Part shown: positions 1 through 9,804 of the stretch, in pieces | Layout: each line of letters begins with the position of its first letter | Numbering within the stretch: position 1 is the first letter of the stretch | Source of the DNA: Sporocytophaga myxococcoides | Lineage (GTDB): Bacteria > Bacteroidota > Bacteroidia > Cytophagales > Cytophagaceae | NCBI RefSeq assembly: GCF_000775915.1 | Contig: NZ_BBLT01000002.1 | Location: 716,384 to 780,383 of the forward strand | Direction: 5' to 3' | DNA: 64,000 bases | Program-made: the position numbers and the translations under genes | The notes under the pieces: model-generated | The model's database searches: none | What the model was told of the DNA's origin: nothing | The model's input: only the letters and a program-made list of their open reading frames with translations

Positions 1-1
1 G

Positions 2-175
2 ACAGGACAGATTGTTGATCTTTTTTTTGAAAGCGAAGAATATTATGCTAATGTAATAGCCGGCAATATGCTGATTAAAGTAAAAGTGGATGACACAAGC
101 TTCAATATTGGAGACATTGTGCATTTAGCATTAAATGACTTTAACCCAACCATAAAAAGGATAAATACTACTTAA
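2..175 (+). CDS. 3' end of an upstream gene (C-terminal ~57 aa; beta-rich tail, possibly a TOBE/OB-like C-terminal domain of a transporter ATPase)
   Basis: Frame 2 is open from the window edge to a TAA at 173-175 (…IAGNMLIKVKVDDTSFNIGDIVHLALN…). No start codon is present, so the gene is truncated by the window. Confidence 0.3.
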   Translation, partial: TGQIVDLFFESEEYYANVIAGNMLIKVKVDDTSFNIGDIVHLALNDFNPTIKRINTT

Positions 176-243
176 AGTATAATAAGCAAAAACAATTTTC
201 ATTGAATTCAATTCATATTATACAGATGTATGTATAATGATAT

Positions 244-636
244 ATGTTTAAAGAGTTCAAGGAATTTATTTTAAGAGGAAATGTTATTGACTTGGCTGTC
301 GGCGTAATCATTGGTGCTGCTTTTGGAGATGTCGTCAAATCCCTCGTTAATGATGTTATTATGCCTCCAATAGGCTTATTGATTAAGGGAATAAATTTTA
401 AAGATCTGAAACTTGTCATAGGTGGTGAAACCAATAATCCGGTAACTTTTAACTATGGAAATTTCCTTCAGAATGTGTTAACTTTTTTAATCATTGCTGC
501 AGCAGTATTTCTTATGGTGAAGTTGGTAAATATGTTATACAAAAAGAAGGCTGCTGAAGAAAGTGCTGCAGGTAAACCATCCGCTGAAGAGGTTCTTTTG
601 ACACAAATAAGAGATTTATTAAAAGAAAGGAATTAG
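244..636 (+). CDS. mscL: large-conductance mechanosensitive channel MscL
   Basis: 130 aa. N-terminus MFKEFKEFILRGNVIDLAVGVIIGAAFG… followed by a second TM helix and a charged C-terminal helix, which is the canonical MscL architecture and length. Confidence 0.9.
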   Translation: MFKEFKEFILRGNVIDLAVGVIIGAAFGDVVKSLVNDVIMPPIGLLIKGINFKDLKLVIGGETNNPVTFNYGNFLQNVLTFLIIAAAVFLMVKLVNMLYKKKAAEESAAGKPSAEEVLLTQIRDLLKERN

Positions 637-1011
637 TAAAGTATGAGCAACAGAGAACGTTCCCCGATTTATTATTTCCTTGCCAGGATTATTGCTTTTC
701 TGGTTACGCTCTTCCTGCTATATTTTATCTTTGAGGTTTTATTCAAAAAATAATCCAATATTACTTAAGGAACTTTTCTTTTTTAAATGAGTTCAATACA
801 ACATTGATATCGGAATAGATTGTTCATCCTAAAATTTATTTTTCTTTTTTAAACATTTTTTAAGCTAATAGATTATTTCTCATTGAATTTGTAATCGCAA
901 AGACATGACTATTGGTAGATTTTTCCTGTTTGTATAAGGCTCTTGTATTGCAAGTTCTTTTGAATTAGTAATAATTATAACCCAATTAACATACTTAAAA
1001 GAAAACACTTT

Positions 1012-2028
1012 ATGACAAGAGTTGCAATCAACGGATTAGGCCGTATCGGAAGAGCCACTTTTAAAATCCTTATCGAAGATAAGGAAATGGAAATTGTAGC
1101 AGTGAATGATATCATTCCTCCTTATCAACTGGCTTATCTTCTGAATTTTGACACAGTTTATGGTAAAATGCCATCCAAAGTCAATTTTGATGATCACAAT
1201 CTTTATGTGAACGGAAAGACCATACGTGTCACTAATATCAGAGAACCTCAACATCTTCCATGGAGAGAAATGGGAGTTGATGTTGTATTTGAATGTAGTG
1301 GAATATTCAGAAAACGTGAAGAACTTCAGTTGCATTTGAATGCAGGAGCCAAACAAGTAATCCTTTCTGCTCCTGCTAAGACAGATGATGTGCAAACTGT
1401 TGTTCATAGGGTGAATCAGCCTGAGGAAAATGATAGTATAATATCCACTGCAAGTTGTACAACAAATTGTATAACTCCTGTTATTGAAATTCTAAATAGA
1501 AGAATAGGAGTTAAAAAAGCAGTATTGAATACCATACATGCTTATACTTCATCACAATCTTTGGTAGACGGACCGTCTAAAGATCAAAGAAGAGGTAGAT
1601 CGGCTGCGAATAACCTGATACCGACCACAACTGGAGCTGCAAGAGTAGCAGGAAAAGTGCTTCCGGAATTTGCCGGTAAGTTTGATGGACTTGCAATCAG
1701 AGGTCCTATTCCTGCCGGATCTGTTGCAGACATTACAATGATCATGAACAGGAATACATCTGTAGAAGAAATAAATAAAATATTCGGAGATGAAGCAGGC
1801 TCAGAAAGATATATGGGAGTGGTTGGTGTTAATATAGAACCAATTGTATCCTCAGATATTATCATGGACCCAAGAGCTGCTGTGATTGACCTTTCCCTAA
1901 CACAGGTTATCGATGGCGATCTTGTTAAGGTTATGGCTTGGTATGACAATGAATGGGGATATGCTAATCAAATGGTTAAAGAAGGTAAAAGAGTTTCTAA
2001 GCTTCAAATGGAATCAGTCATTATTTGA
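1012..2028 (+). CDS. gap: type I glyceraldehyde-3-phosphate dehydrogenase
   Basis: 338 aa. NAD-binding N-terminus INGLGRIGR and the catalytic SCTTNC motif are both present. Confidence 0.95.
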   Translation: MTRVAINGLGRIGRATFKILIEDKEMEIVAVNDIIPPYQLAYLLNFDTVYGKMPSKVNFDDHNLYVNGKTIRVTNIREPQHLPWREMGVDVVFECSGIFRKREELQLHLNAGAKQVILSAPAKTDDVQTVVHRVNQPEENDSIISTASCTTNCITPVIEILNRRIGVKKAVLNTIHAYTSSQSLVDGPSKDQRRGRSAANNLIPTTTGAARVAGKVLPEFAGKFDGLAIRGPIPAGSVADITMIMNRNTSVEEINKIFGDEAGSERYMGVVGVNIEPIVSSDIIMDPRAAVIDLSLTQVIDGDLVKVMAWYDNEWGYANQMVKEGKRVSKLQMESVII

Positions 2029-2050
2029 GTATGTAGTTTATAGGTTTAAA

Positions 2051-2089
2051 GGGCGAGGGATGACAGCAATGTTAGCCCTCGTTTTTTTA
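2051..2089 (+). terminator. rho-independent terminator after gap
   Basis: Stem cgaggg (2054-2059) pairs with ccctcg (2076-2081), followed by T7 at 2082-2088. Confidence 0.6.
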
Positions 2090-2154
2090 CACATACGAAG
2101 GGAACATTTCCTCTTTTTTCCTATGTTTTTATATAAAGGGAGGAGGAAAAGGTT

Positions 2155-2337
2155 ATGATTGTTACAACTGTGCCAAGAACAAAAGCAAAAAAGACAGATG
2201 AACCCAAACTGGTGAGATGTCCTATTTGCAGGGAGTTCATGGATATGAACAACTGGGGAAGTGTATTAAGTCACGAACATCGTGGTATGACTCATCATAT
2301 GTGGAAAAAATCAAAAGCTTGTAGTACCAGAAAATAG
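2155..2337 (+). CDS. small (60 aa) Cys/His-rich protein, possible zinc-ribbon; hypothetical
   Basis: A GGGAGGAGG Shine-Dalgarno-like run ends 5 nt upstream of the ATG. CPIC…H..H…HH…C residues are present. Terminator hairpins flank it at 2051-2089 and 2341-2366. Confidence 0.35.
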   Translation: MIVTTVPRTKAKKTDEPKLVRCPICREFMDMNNWGSVLSHEHRGMTHHMWKKSKACSTRK

Positions 2338-2340
2338 AAT

Positions 2341-2366
2341 AAGTCCGGGTGGACTTATTTTTTATT
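2341..2366 (+). terminator. rho-independent terminator
   Basis: aagtcc-gggt-ggactt hairpin followed by ATTTTTTATTT. Confidence 0.55.
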
Positions 2367-2399
2367 TGATATAGTGGTTGTTTTGTAAATGAGTAATAT

Positions 2400-2831
2400 A
2401 TGAAAAGCAAGATTCTGAATGAAGAAAGCGAAAGACGTTACTTACTAATTTTTGAAGAAGGAGAAGAGTTCATGGAGACTCTTGAAAAATTTGCAGAAGA
2501 TAATAATATCACTGCGGCATATTTTGAGGGTATAGGTGCATTTAAAAACGTTATTGTTTCTTATTTTGACTGGGAACGTAAGGAGTACCTTGAGAATCCT
2601 TTCAACGAACAAGTGGAGATATTATCATTAAATGGTGATATAGCTTGTACAGATGATAAGCCCAAGGTCCATGCACATGTAGTTTGTGGAAGGAGAGATG
2701 GTTCTGCAGTCGGAGGACATCTTTTTAAAGGATTTATCCGACCCACTCTGGAACTTGTATTATCTGAATCAGATAGGGTTTTAAAAAGGATTAGAGACCC
2801 TAAAACAGGAGTTTACCTTATAAATCTTTAA
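2400..2831 (+). CDS. PPC (DUF296) domain DNA-binding protein
   Basis: 143 aa. RYLLIFEEGEEFMETLEKFAEDNNITAAYFEGIGAF…HAHVVCG…GGHL pattern is typical of plant/prokaryote-conserved PPC domain proteins. Confidence 0.5.
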   Translation: MKSKILNEESERRYLLIFEEGEEFMETLEKFAEDNNITAAYFEGIGAFKNVIVSYFDWERKEYLENPFNEQVEILSLNGDIACTDDKPKVHAHVVCGRRDGSAVGGHLFKGFIRPTLELVLSESDRVLKRIRDPKTGVYLINL

Positions 2832-3070
2832 ATAAAAGGATTTATAAGGTTTTTAATTCAGGTTAAAGCAGATTTTGAAATCGTATAGATTTCATTGGTT
2901 ATTCAATATAAAAAGTAGATTGGGCATGACTTGATGTTCGTTTCTTTTATAGCTCAGTTGGGCAATTTTTAATTACTTAAAACAACTCATTTAATTTTAA
3001 TTTTCAAATTACTTTTTTTATATAATCCTGTTTGTGAAATTTGATATACCATAAAACTAATATAGACCTA

Positions 3071-3775
3071 ATGAAAATCGTTTATCTTTTTATCCTGACT
3101 TTAGCTATGTCATTACAAACTTCCTTTGGCCAGGAAACCAAAACCCGTACACTAACAGCAGTGGGTAGGGGAGAGATTAAAGCTGCTCCGGATCTGGTTG
3201 TTTTAAACCTAGATATTTCTGCAAAAAATATGGATTTCAACAAAGCGATAGAAGAGCTTAATAAAAAAGCCGCAGCTCTTGAAAAACAGATAGTTGCTGC
3301 AGGTTTTAAAAAGGAAGACCTGAAAACAACCTCATACACAGTTAATAAAAATTATGAATATCAAAATGGAAGATCTATAGATAGTGGTTTTATTGCAAAC
3401 CATTCATACACCCTGGAGTTTCCGAACGAACAATCAAAGATTGTTAATGTAGTTAAGTCCATTTCAAAAGGAGTTGATGTGACTTATAATTTTGGGTTCA
3501 CGCTTTCAGATGCGAAAAATAAAGAGTTAAAAGCGGAGTTACTAAAAAGAGCTGTTAAAGTTGCAACGGATGAAGCAACTGTCCTGGCCGCTGCCAGTGG
3601 AGTAAAGCTTAAGCAGATTAACGAGATCAATTATGGCTTGTCTGAAGTAGTACCTTTTGCAATGGCGAATGCCCGTATGGCAAAAATGTCTGCAGAAGGC
3701 GATTTCGCCGGTTTTGATGCAAAAGACATTTCTCTATCAGAGAAGGTAACGATTACATGGGAGATAACCCAGTAA
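3071..3775 (+). CDS. SIMPL/DUF541 (BP26/OMP28-like) periplasmic protein
   Basis: Signal peptide MKIVYLFILTLAMSLQTSFGQ, then …LTAVGRGEIKAAPDLVVLNLDISA… and a C-terminal …ISLSEKVTITWEI, which is the SIMPL domain layout. The start is taken at the internal Met at 3071 rather than at 3041. Confidence 0.6.
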   Translation: MKIVYLFILTLAMSLQTSFGQETKTRTLTAVGRGEIKAAPDLVVLNLDISAKNMDFNKAIEELNKKAAALEKQIVAAGFKKEDLKTTSYTVNKNYEYQNGRSIDSGFIANHSYTLEFPNEQSKIVNVVKSISKGVDVTYNFGFTLSDAKNKELKAELLKRAVKVATDEATVLAAASGVKLKQINEINYGLSEVVPFAMANARMAKMSAEGDFAGFDAKDISLSEKVTITWEITQ

Positions 3776-3776
3776 T

Positions 3777-4511
3777 TTAAACTGAGATCTCGTATAAAAA
3801 ATACCCTTGCTTGTAACCTGATTTTTCAAGCAGGGGTTTTGAAACATTAAATACTTTTACTCCTCTTGAAGTTTCTCCCTGAAGGCTTCCTATATGGGCA
3901 TGTCCATGAAATGTAACTTCTACTGACCTTCGGTTTATAGTATCTGCAAGTCTGGAAGACCCAAGAAATGGGAAAATCTGTTCTGGTTCTCCGATAACAG
4001 TAGCTTTAATGGGAGAATAATGAAGGATAACAACTTTTTTGATATCATCATCAATACGGGCGAGTGCCTTGTCAAGTTTAAGTGATTCCTCTACAGATTC
4101 CTGAACATATTTTTTATTCATTTTTTCTCCCCACATCGGTAGCATGTGTTTATCAAACCCTCCTCCAAACCCCTTTACTCCTGCAAATCCAATACCTTTT
4201 ATGATTATTGATTCTCCATCAAGAACATGGACATTGTGCTTTATAAGTTCATGTCTTATTTCTTCATGATGATCAAGTTCATAGTCATGATTTCCCAATA
4301 CACCAACAATGGGAATGTGTACGCCTTTGAGTTCTTCTCCAAGCAAAACAGCTTCCTGTATTTGACCAGTATCGGTAAGGTCTCCACAAAGCACAATTAT
4401 ATCAGCATGCTCTGCAATGTCTTTAAAGAATTGATTCCATTTGCCTTTGTCGGATTCCTTCACGTGTATATCTCCTAATGCTGCAATTTTAATAGTCTTG
4501 CCTGCTTCCAT
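3777..4511 (-). CDS. calcineurin-like metallophosphoesterase
   Basis: Motifs GDIH, GDLTDTG and GNHD are present in the order expected for phosphoesterase motifs I-III. Confidence 0.8.
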   Translation of the reverse strand: MEAGKTIKIAALGDIHVKESDKGKWNQFFKDIAEHADIIVLCGDLTDTGQIQEAVLLGEELKGVHIPIVGVLGNHDYELDHHEEIRHELIKHNVHVLDGESIIIKGIGFAGVKGFGGGFDKHMLPMWGEKMNKKYVQESVEESLKLDKALARIDDDIKKVVILHYSPIKATVIGEPEQIFPFLGSSRLADTINRRSVEVTFHGHAHIGSLQGETSRGVKVFNVSKPLLEKSGYKQGYFLYEISV

Positions 4512-4513
4512 TT

Positions 4514-5239
4514 TTAAATGCTTTTAACAGTAATTATTTTATAATGCCAGTCTATAATATCTATGGAATATTGGGTGTGATCTACAAGAGGCCCTCTGCA
4601 TACCTTTTCCACTGGAGCGGGTAGCTCATACTGGCCCTTAGCTCTCTCTAGCAGCATCTCAAACAACCATCTTGGTATCTTGTCCCTTTCGGAAGGGTAT
4701 ATAAACTGAAAATTCAGAAATTGGCCCAAAAGCAATTGCCAATGCTGATCAAGCCTTTGCAAAACTCTTTTCCAGTCGATATCCTCACTTTTTTTTAGAA
4801 TTATATGGTTAACATCGGAACCATCATAATGAGCTCTGTCCTGAATATAAATTTTACTCCATATCAGTTCTTCAGGTGCAACAAAATTAACCTTCACACC
4901 ATAAAGTTCTCCCGGCACAGCGTGTTCAAACCAGCTGTCGTCTACAGGACAAAGATTGTTTGTCGTGTTAAAGATAAAATCAACAAAATAATTATCCTTT
5001 AAAGCTTTGGCTATCCATCTGGCATCGGTGATTTCAACAGTCCAGCCATGGGAAGAAAGCAATTTCAGGATTTTTATATAATCGCCAGGTTTGCAAAATA
5101 AATCAAGATCTTTTTCCCTGATAATTCCTGTATAGTTTCTAAGTGCGACAGCTCCTCCAACAAGTATAGGCAAATTGTTTTCCGTTACAAATTCCAATAC
5201 TGATCGGAAAAATTCATGCGCCTCTTTTTTTAAAATCAT
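4514..5239 (-). CDS. nucleotidyltransferase-fold (Pol-beta-like) protein, hypothetical
   Basis: N-terminal LPILVGGAVALRNYTGIIREKDLDLF resembles a minimal NTase GG…D.D motif. Its stop lies 3 nt from the start of the downstream phosphoesterase, consistent with an operon. Confidence 0.4.
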   Translation of the reverse strand: MILKKEAHEFFRSVLEFVTENNLPILVGGAVALRNYTGIIREKDLDLFCKPGDYIKILKLLSSHGWTVEITDARWIAKALKDNYFVDFIFNTTNNLCPVDDSWFEHAVPGELYGVKVNFVAPEELIWSKIYIQDRAHYDGSDVNHIILKKSEDIDWKRVLQRLDQHWQLLLGQFLNFQFIYPSERDKIPRWLFEMLLERAKGQYELPAPVEKVCRGPLVDHTQYSIDIIDWHYKIITVKSI

Positions 5240-5372
5240 ACTTTAAATTCCCTCCTTTATCAAATAAATTCCACCTCTGGTTATTGATATAAATTTCCCT
5301 TTTGAAAAAAGATTGATTGTTTTACATCTTTGCTCAGTCTTTTAATCTGTTGTTATTAGGATTCGATACTCA

Positions 5373-6377
5373 TCAGATCTTTTCTAAAAGCTTTGGAACT
5401 CTTCTCTTTTTACCCAACAATATTGTGAATAGCAATGCTAGTGAACTGAATACAACCGATCCAAAAAGAAAAGATCCTGGAATTTTTCGGGAGGGACTGT
5501 CAATTTCCCATCCACCACTGATCGTAGCACATCTTTCATTGGACTGATAAAGGTTTCCCTTGGTATTCTTTGTATCTTCCAGACTAAAATGTCCGGTTAG
5601 CACAGCTTCCCTATAATCTTTATTGAAGCGCTTTCTGCCAAGAAATCTGAATAACTTAGAGAATCTTTTTTTTCTTTCAATGAAGGTTTCAGCCTTTGGT
5701 TTTGCAATAAGTTTGACAATTTGATCTGCTACTATATGGGGACTGAGAGGATTTCCCGGTGCCACTATTCTTTTGCCCATGTAATTGGCAGCCTGGTTAT
5801 AAATGGGAGTGTCTGTAGTATCAGGGATGATGCTGCAAATATGGATACCTTCTATATCAGAAAGTTCTTCTGCTAGACTCAGACTTAACCCCCTGATTCC
5901 AAATTGTGTCATGCTATAGGGGATGGCAAAAGGCTCACCAGCTATGCTTGCTACAGAACCAACATTAATTAATATGCCCTGCCTGTTATCTTTGAAATGT
6001 GGCACAATATGTTTGGCTCCATAAGCATATCCTAGCAGGTTTGTGTCCAGTACTTTTTTCAGATCTTCCGAAGGAATATCTTCCAGCCTTCCTAGAACAG
6101 TGACTGCTGCATTGTTGATCCAGACATCTACTTTCCCATATTCGGTAATAGCTTTGTCTATCAATATTTTTATTTCTGTTTCTTCAGAAACATCTGTGGA
6201 AACTGCAATTGCTTTGCCACCTAGTTTTACACATTCGTAAGCCAGATCTTCCAGGGCCTTTTTTCTTCGCGCTGCCAATACAAGATTAGATCCTTTTTTT
6301 GCCAGTTTTAATGCGGTAGCTCTTCCAATTCCACTTGATGCTCCGGTGATGACGACTACCAGGTTCTTTAATTTCAT
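5373..6377 (-). CDS. short-chain dehydrogenase/reductase (SDR) with C-terminal membrane anchor
   Basis: VVVITGASSGIGRATA (TGxxxGxG), NNAA and catalytic Y…K are present. Hydrophobic C-terminal tail. Confidence 0.85.
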   Translation of the reverse strand: MKLKNLVVVITGASSGIGRATALKLAKKGSNLVLAARRKKALEDLAYECVKLGGKAIAVSTDVSEETEIKILIDKAITEYGKVDVWINNAAVTVLGRLEDIPSEDLKKVLDTNLLGYAYGAKHIVPHFKDNRQGILINVGSVASIAGEPFAIPYSMTQFGIRGLSLSLAEELSDIEGIHICSIIPDTTDTPIYNQAANYMGKRIVAPGNPLSPHIVADQIVKLIAKPKAETFIERKKRFSKLFRFLGRKRFNKDYREAVLTGHFSLEDTKNTKGNLYQSNERCATISGGWEIDSPSRKIPGSFLFGSVVFSSLALLFTILLGKKRRVPKLLEKI

Positions 6378-6442
6378 ATAATAACGAGTCTGTATGCTTT
6401 AATCATAACCTTTAAAGTTTTATTATTGTTGAAATAGTAGCG

Positions 6443-7141
6443 ATGGAACAAGTAGCAGTAGTAACAGGTGCCAACAGAGGTATCGGATTGGAAATATCAA
6501 AGAGACTTGCGGATCTGGGATTTACAGTAATCTTTACAGCAAGGGATGAAGAAAAAGGACGGAAGGCAATGAATAGTCTCCTTAAGTCAGGAAGGAAGCT
6601 GGTTTTCTTTAAGCTTGATGTTACAGATAAAACGGATGGAATAAGGCTTTCTCAATTTCTTGAGAAGGAATATGGAAGGGTAGATGTTTTATTTAACAAT
6701 GCAGCTATTTTACCAGATGAAAATGAATCTGCAGTTTCAATAGATCTCTCCCTGGTAAGTAAAACTTTTGAAACGAATACAGTTGGAGCATTTAGAGTGG
6801 CTCAATCCGTTATTTCTTTGATGAAAAAAAATAATTACGGAAGGATCATCAATATCTCCAGTGGTCTGGGGGCGCTTAGCTCTATGGGAGGCGGTTATCC
6901 TGCCTATAGAATATCAAAAGCTTCCTTAAATGCTATTACAAAAATGCTTGCCGATGAACTTTCACATTTTAATATTTTAGTCAATAGTGTTGATCCAGGC
7001 TGGGTAAAGACTGATATGGGTGGCCCGAATGCAAGTAAAACTGCAGCTCAGGCAGTAGACAACATATTGTGGCTTGCACAACTGCCTGATAATGGCCCAT
7101 CAGGAAAATTCTTTAGAAATAAGGAGGAGGCTCTCTGGTGA
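6443..7141 (+). CDS. SDR-family oxidoreductase (carbonyl-reductase-like)
   Basis: VAVVTGANRGIGLEI…NNAAI…YRISKAS. Confidence 0.85.
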   Translation: MEQVAVVTGANRGIGLEISKRLADLGFTVIFTARDEEKGRKAMNSLLKSGRKLVFFKLDVTDKTDGIRLSQFLEKEYGRVDVLFNNAAILPDENESAVSIDLSLVSKTFETNTVGAFRVAQSVISLMKKNNYGRIINISSGLGALSSMGGGYPAYRISKASLNAITKMLADELSHFNILVNSVDPGWVKTDMGGPNASKTAAQAVDNILWLAQLPDNGPSGKFFRNKEEALW

Positions 7142-7160
7142 AAAGTTATTTTTGTGGAAT

Positions 7161-7733
7161 ATGGAAGGTACACTGCATCAGAATAAAACTTTCGAGAAAA
7201 TAATTTTCACCGAAAAAGAATTAAGAAACAGGGAATTTGAAGAATGTACTTTTATAAGCTGCGACTTTTTAAATAGTAATCTTTCAGGAAACACTTTTAC
7301 AGATTGCACTTTTATCAGTACTAATCTCACAATGGTAAAGTTGCAGGGAACCAGTCTCAAAAATGTTCATTTTAAAGAATCCAAAGTGATGGGGGTTGAT
7401 TTCAGTAAGTGTAAAGATTTCCTTTTCTCGGTTAGCTTTGATAATTGTATGGCAGACTATGCATCTTTTGCAGCGAAAAAGATGGTTAAAACAAAATTTA
7501 TAAACTGCTCTTTGAAAGGCACTCAATTAGCCGGAACAGATCTCACTTCCGCGCGATTCGATCATTGCAATCTGGATAGTGCAGTCTTTAACAAAACAAT
7601 CCTAAATGGTGCTGATTTTACTACTGCATATAACTTTACAATAGATCCTGAAATGAACAGCCTAAAGAAAGCAAAGTTTTCCATGGGTGGACTTTCTGGT
7701 TTATTGAACAAATATGACCTGTTGATAGAATAA
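7161..7733 (+). CDS. pentapeptide-repeat protein (Qnr/MfpA-like fold)
   Basis: Tandem A(D/N)LxX pentapeptides (…CTFISCDFLNSNLSGNTFTDCTFISTNLT…). The start is taken at the Met at 7161; the longer ORF beginning at 7074 would overlap the SDR. Confidence 0.75.
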   Translation: MEGTLHQNKTFEKIIFTEKELRNREFEECTFISCDFLNSNLSGNTFTDCTFISTNLTMVKLQGTSLKNVHFKESKVMGVDFSKCKDFLFSVSFDNCMADYASFAAKKMVKTKFINCSLKGTQLAGTDLTSARFDHCNLDSAVFNKTILNGADFTTAYNFTIDPEMNSLKKAKFSMGGLSGLLNKYDLLIE

Positions 7734-7876
7734 GGTGAACTTTTTTTAACATTTCGGTTGAAAAAATCTTAATTATCTGTCCAAAAGTTTTGAAGATATT
7801 ATAGACTAAAACCAATTGATTATCTGAAACTTTTGGGGATCTTTATGAATTAAATTAGATTTAGCTTTTTAAAAAT

Positions 7877-8173
7877 ATGAAATCTATCATCCGAGGTTCT
7901 CTGCTGCTTGCATGTATGGCTTGTTCAAAGCCTGAGAAAAAAGAACTTTCCATATCTGATTTTGAAACAAAGATAAAATCTGATATGGATTATTATTCAA
8001 TGGTGGAAACCTTTGGAAAGCCATCAAAAGACATAGGCAGAGGAATTCATATATATGTCTATGAACTCAAAGATTCTACCAAGATGTTGGTTGGATTCAC
8101 AGATAAAGTTTTGTATGCTAAGCAAATCAATCGTAAGGAAGAGATTGTTAAAGACCTGCTGGTAGGAAACTGA
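7877..8173 (+). CDS. small lipoprotein, hypothetical
   Basis: Lipobox LLLACMACS; 98 aa; no recognisable domain. Confidence 0.4.
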   Translation: MKSIIRGSLLLACMACSKPEKKELSISDFETKIKSDMDYYSMVETFGKPSKDIGRGIHIYVYELKDSTKMLVGFTDKVLYAKQINRKEEIVKDLLVGN

Positions 8174-8183
8174 GTTCAGGACG

Positions 8184-9203
8184 TCAGGCCCAGACTTTGG
8201 TTCCTTCTGTGCAGTTTTTGCACATTTCGATCTGACTTCTGCTTTTGAATAGCTGCTGTCTGAAGTTATTGTAACTTGTTCCAAACCATACTTCCTTAAA
8301 AGTATTTACCTGTAAGGCTCCGAGCTGATGCTGTGCGTCCTTATCGAAACAGCACGGAACTACTTTCCCATCCCAGGTGATTACGCAGGAATGCCACATT
8401 TTCCAGCATCCGTCATCGAGACTGTTTTTGATTTTATATTTTCCTGAAGCGTCTTTATAGTATCTGGAATATTTAACATTTTCAGGTATCAGGGTTGAGC
8501 CATCTTCATAGTCATAAATCTGAGCGGTCTTCAATCGAACTTCATCAACACCTAATTCCTTTGCTAGTTTTTGAACATCATCAATCTGATGTTCATTTGG
8601 TTTTACAACCAGAAATTGAAAAATGACATGTGGTGTCTGAGATTTAAGTTCTTTCTTCCACTTGATAATATTTCTGGTTCCCTCGATTACTTTATTCAGT
8701 TGGCCTCCTACGCGATAAGACTGGTAGGTCTCCTGAGTGGTACCATCTATAGAAATAATCAATCTGGATAATCCTGATTCCACTGTTTTTTTTGCGTTCT
8801 CTTCATTCAGATAATGCGCATTGGTGGAGGTTGCTGTATATATCTGATGGGATTTGGCAAACTTTACCATTGATAAAAATTCAGGATGCAGATAAGGTTC
8901 GCCCTGAAAATAAAAAGTAAGATAAGTCAGATGATCTTTCATCTGAATAATGACTTGTTCAAAAAGTCTGACTTCCAGCATTCCTGTAGGACGGGTAAAT
9001 GAACGCAGACCGCTGGGGCATTCCGGGCATCTTAAGTTACAGCTTGTAGTAGGTTCAAAGGAAATACTGACAGGTAAGCCAAGCGCATAGGGCTTTTTTA
9101 ACAGTCGGGAATAATAAAAGCTAAAAAGGACCAAAAATGCATTTTTGATCCTTTTTAGCTTGAACGAGGAAAGCAGATTCAGTGAATCATGAAATTTTCC
9201 CAT
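8184..9203 (-). CDS. radical SAM protein with C-terminal SPASM-like Cys cluster
   Basis: CNLRCPEC (Cx3Cx2C) near the N-terminus, and a C-terminal …CCFDKD…CKNCTEG cluster. Confidence 0.8.
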   Translation of the reverse strand: MGKFHDSLNLLSSFKLKRIKNAFLVLFSFYYSRLLKKPYALGLPVSISFEPTTSCNLRCPECPSGLRSFTRPTGMLEVRLFEQVIIQMKDHLTYLTFYFQGEPYLHPEFLSMVKFAKSHQIYTATSTNAHYLNEENAKKTVESGLSRLIISIDGTTQETYQSYRVGGQLNKVIEGTRNIIKWKKELKSQTPHVIFQFLVVKPNEHQIDDVQKLAKELGVDEVRLKTAQIYDYEDGSTLIPENVKYSRYYKDASGKYKIKNSLDDGCWKMWHSCVITWDGKVVPCCFDKDAQHQLGALQVNTFKEVWFGTSYNNFRQQLFKSRSQIEMCKNCTEGTKVWA

Positions 9204-9793
9204 TATTTTTTAGAAAGATATGATACTATTCCAGAATGAGGGTCTTCTTTTACAGAAGTCCAGGTAGTAGCAGAATTCTTTAAATATTCTTTTACTTTTT
9301 TCTGAGCAGAACGATCGCTGATTTTAAAATCAAAATAACCAGACTTCCAAGAGAAATCTTCATAAACGTTTTTGCGCAGTTCAATTAAGGATGCAGCTTT
9401 TAACCATGAAATCAAATGAAAAACAGATCCCTTTAGCATGAATGGATTTTTTCTTCCTACCATCAGACCAAAAGAGATTTCAAACCTGGATATATCGTGG
9501 ACTATAAAATTTCGCTTTCTGGTGTTAGAATCAATCTCCACTACAGCATGAAGGCAATTGGGCATGATCACGAAATCCTTGATAGTAATGTTGGAAAAAT
9601 GATCTTCAGCCTGGTTAAGATAGTCTTCAACTATTTTACCCGCCTCTGTCAGAATGATTTTTTTACCATCAACTTTACTCAGGATAAAGTTTTCATTGTT
9701 GGTTACAATAGTGAGGCAAAATTCGCCCTCCAGACCGTAATTTTCGTCTTTAAGCAGTTCTTCCAATTTGAAATTTCCGTATTCGTCTGCCAT
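9203..9793 (-). CDS. IS200/RAYT (Y1-transposase)-fold protein with degenerate HuH motif; likely non-transposase partner of the radical SAM enzyme
   Basis: The C-terminus FSWKSGYFDFKISDRSAQKKVKEYLKNS matches the RAYT/IS200 W..YWDh.IRD…YI.N tyrosine motif. Where HuH is expected the sequence is …MPNCLHAVVEI (second His missing). The stop overlaps the radical SAM start (ATGA at 9203). Confidence 0.4.
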   Translation of the reverse strand: MADEYGNFKLEELLKDENYGLEGEFCLTIVTNNENFILSKVDGKKIILTEAGKIVEDYLNQAEDHFSNITIKDFVIMPNCLHAVVEIDSNTRKRNFIVHDISRFEISFGLMVGRKNPFMLKGSVFHLISWLKAASLIELRKNVYEDFSWKSGYFDFKISDRSAQKKVKEYLKNSATTWTSVKEDPHSGIVSYLSKK

Positions 9794-9804
9794 AAAGGTA
9801 GAAA

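Noticed and set aside
213-434. 73-aa minus-strand ORF overlapping mscL
   Set aside because: It is antisense to a well-supported mscL and has no start-site or motif support.
2940-2975. tRNA-like D-arm sequence tatagctcagttgggcaa
   Set aside because: No acceptor-stem partner, anticodon arm or GTTCGAATC-like T-arm follows, so it is not a tRNA.
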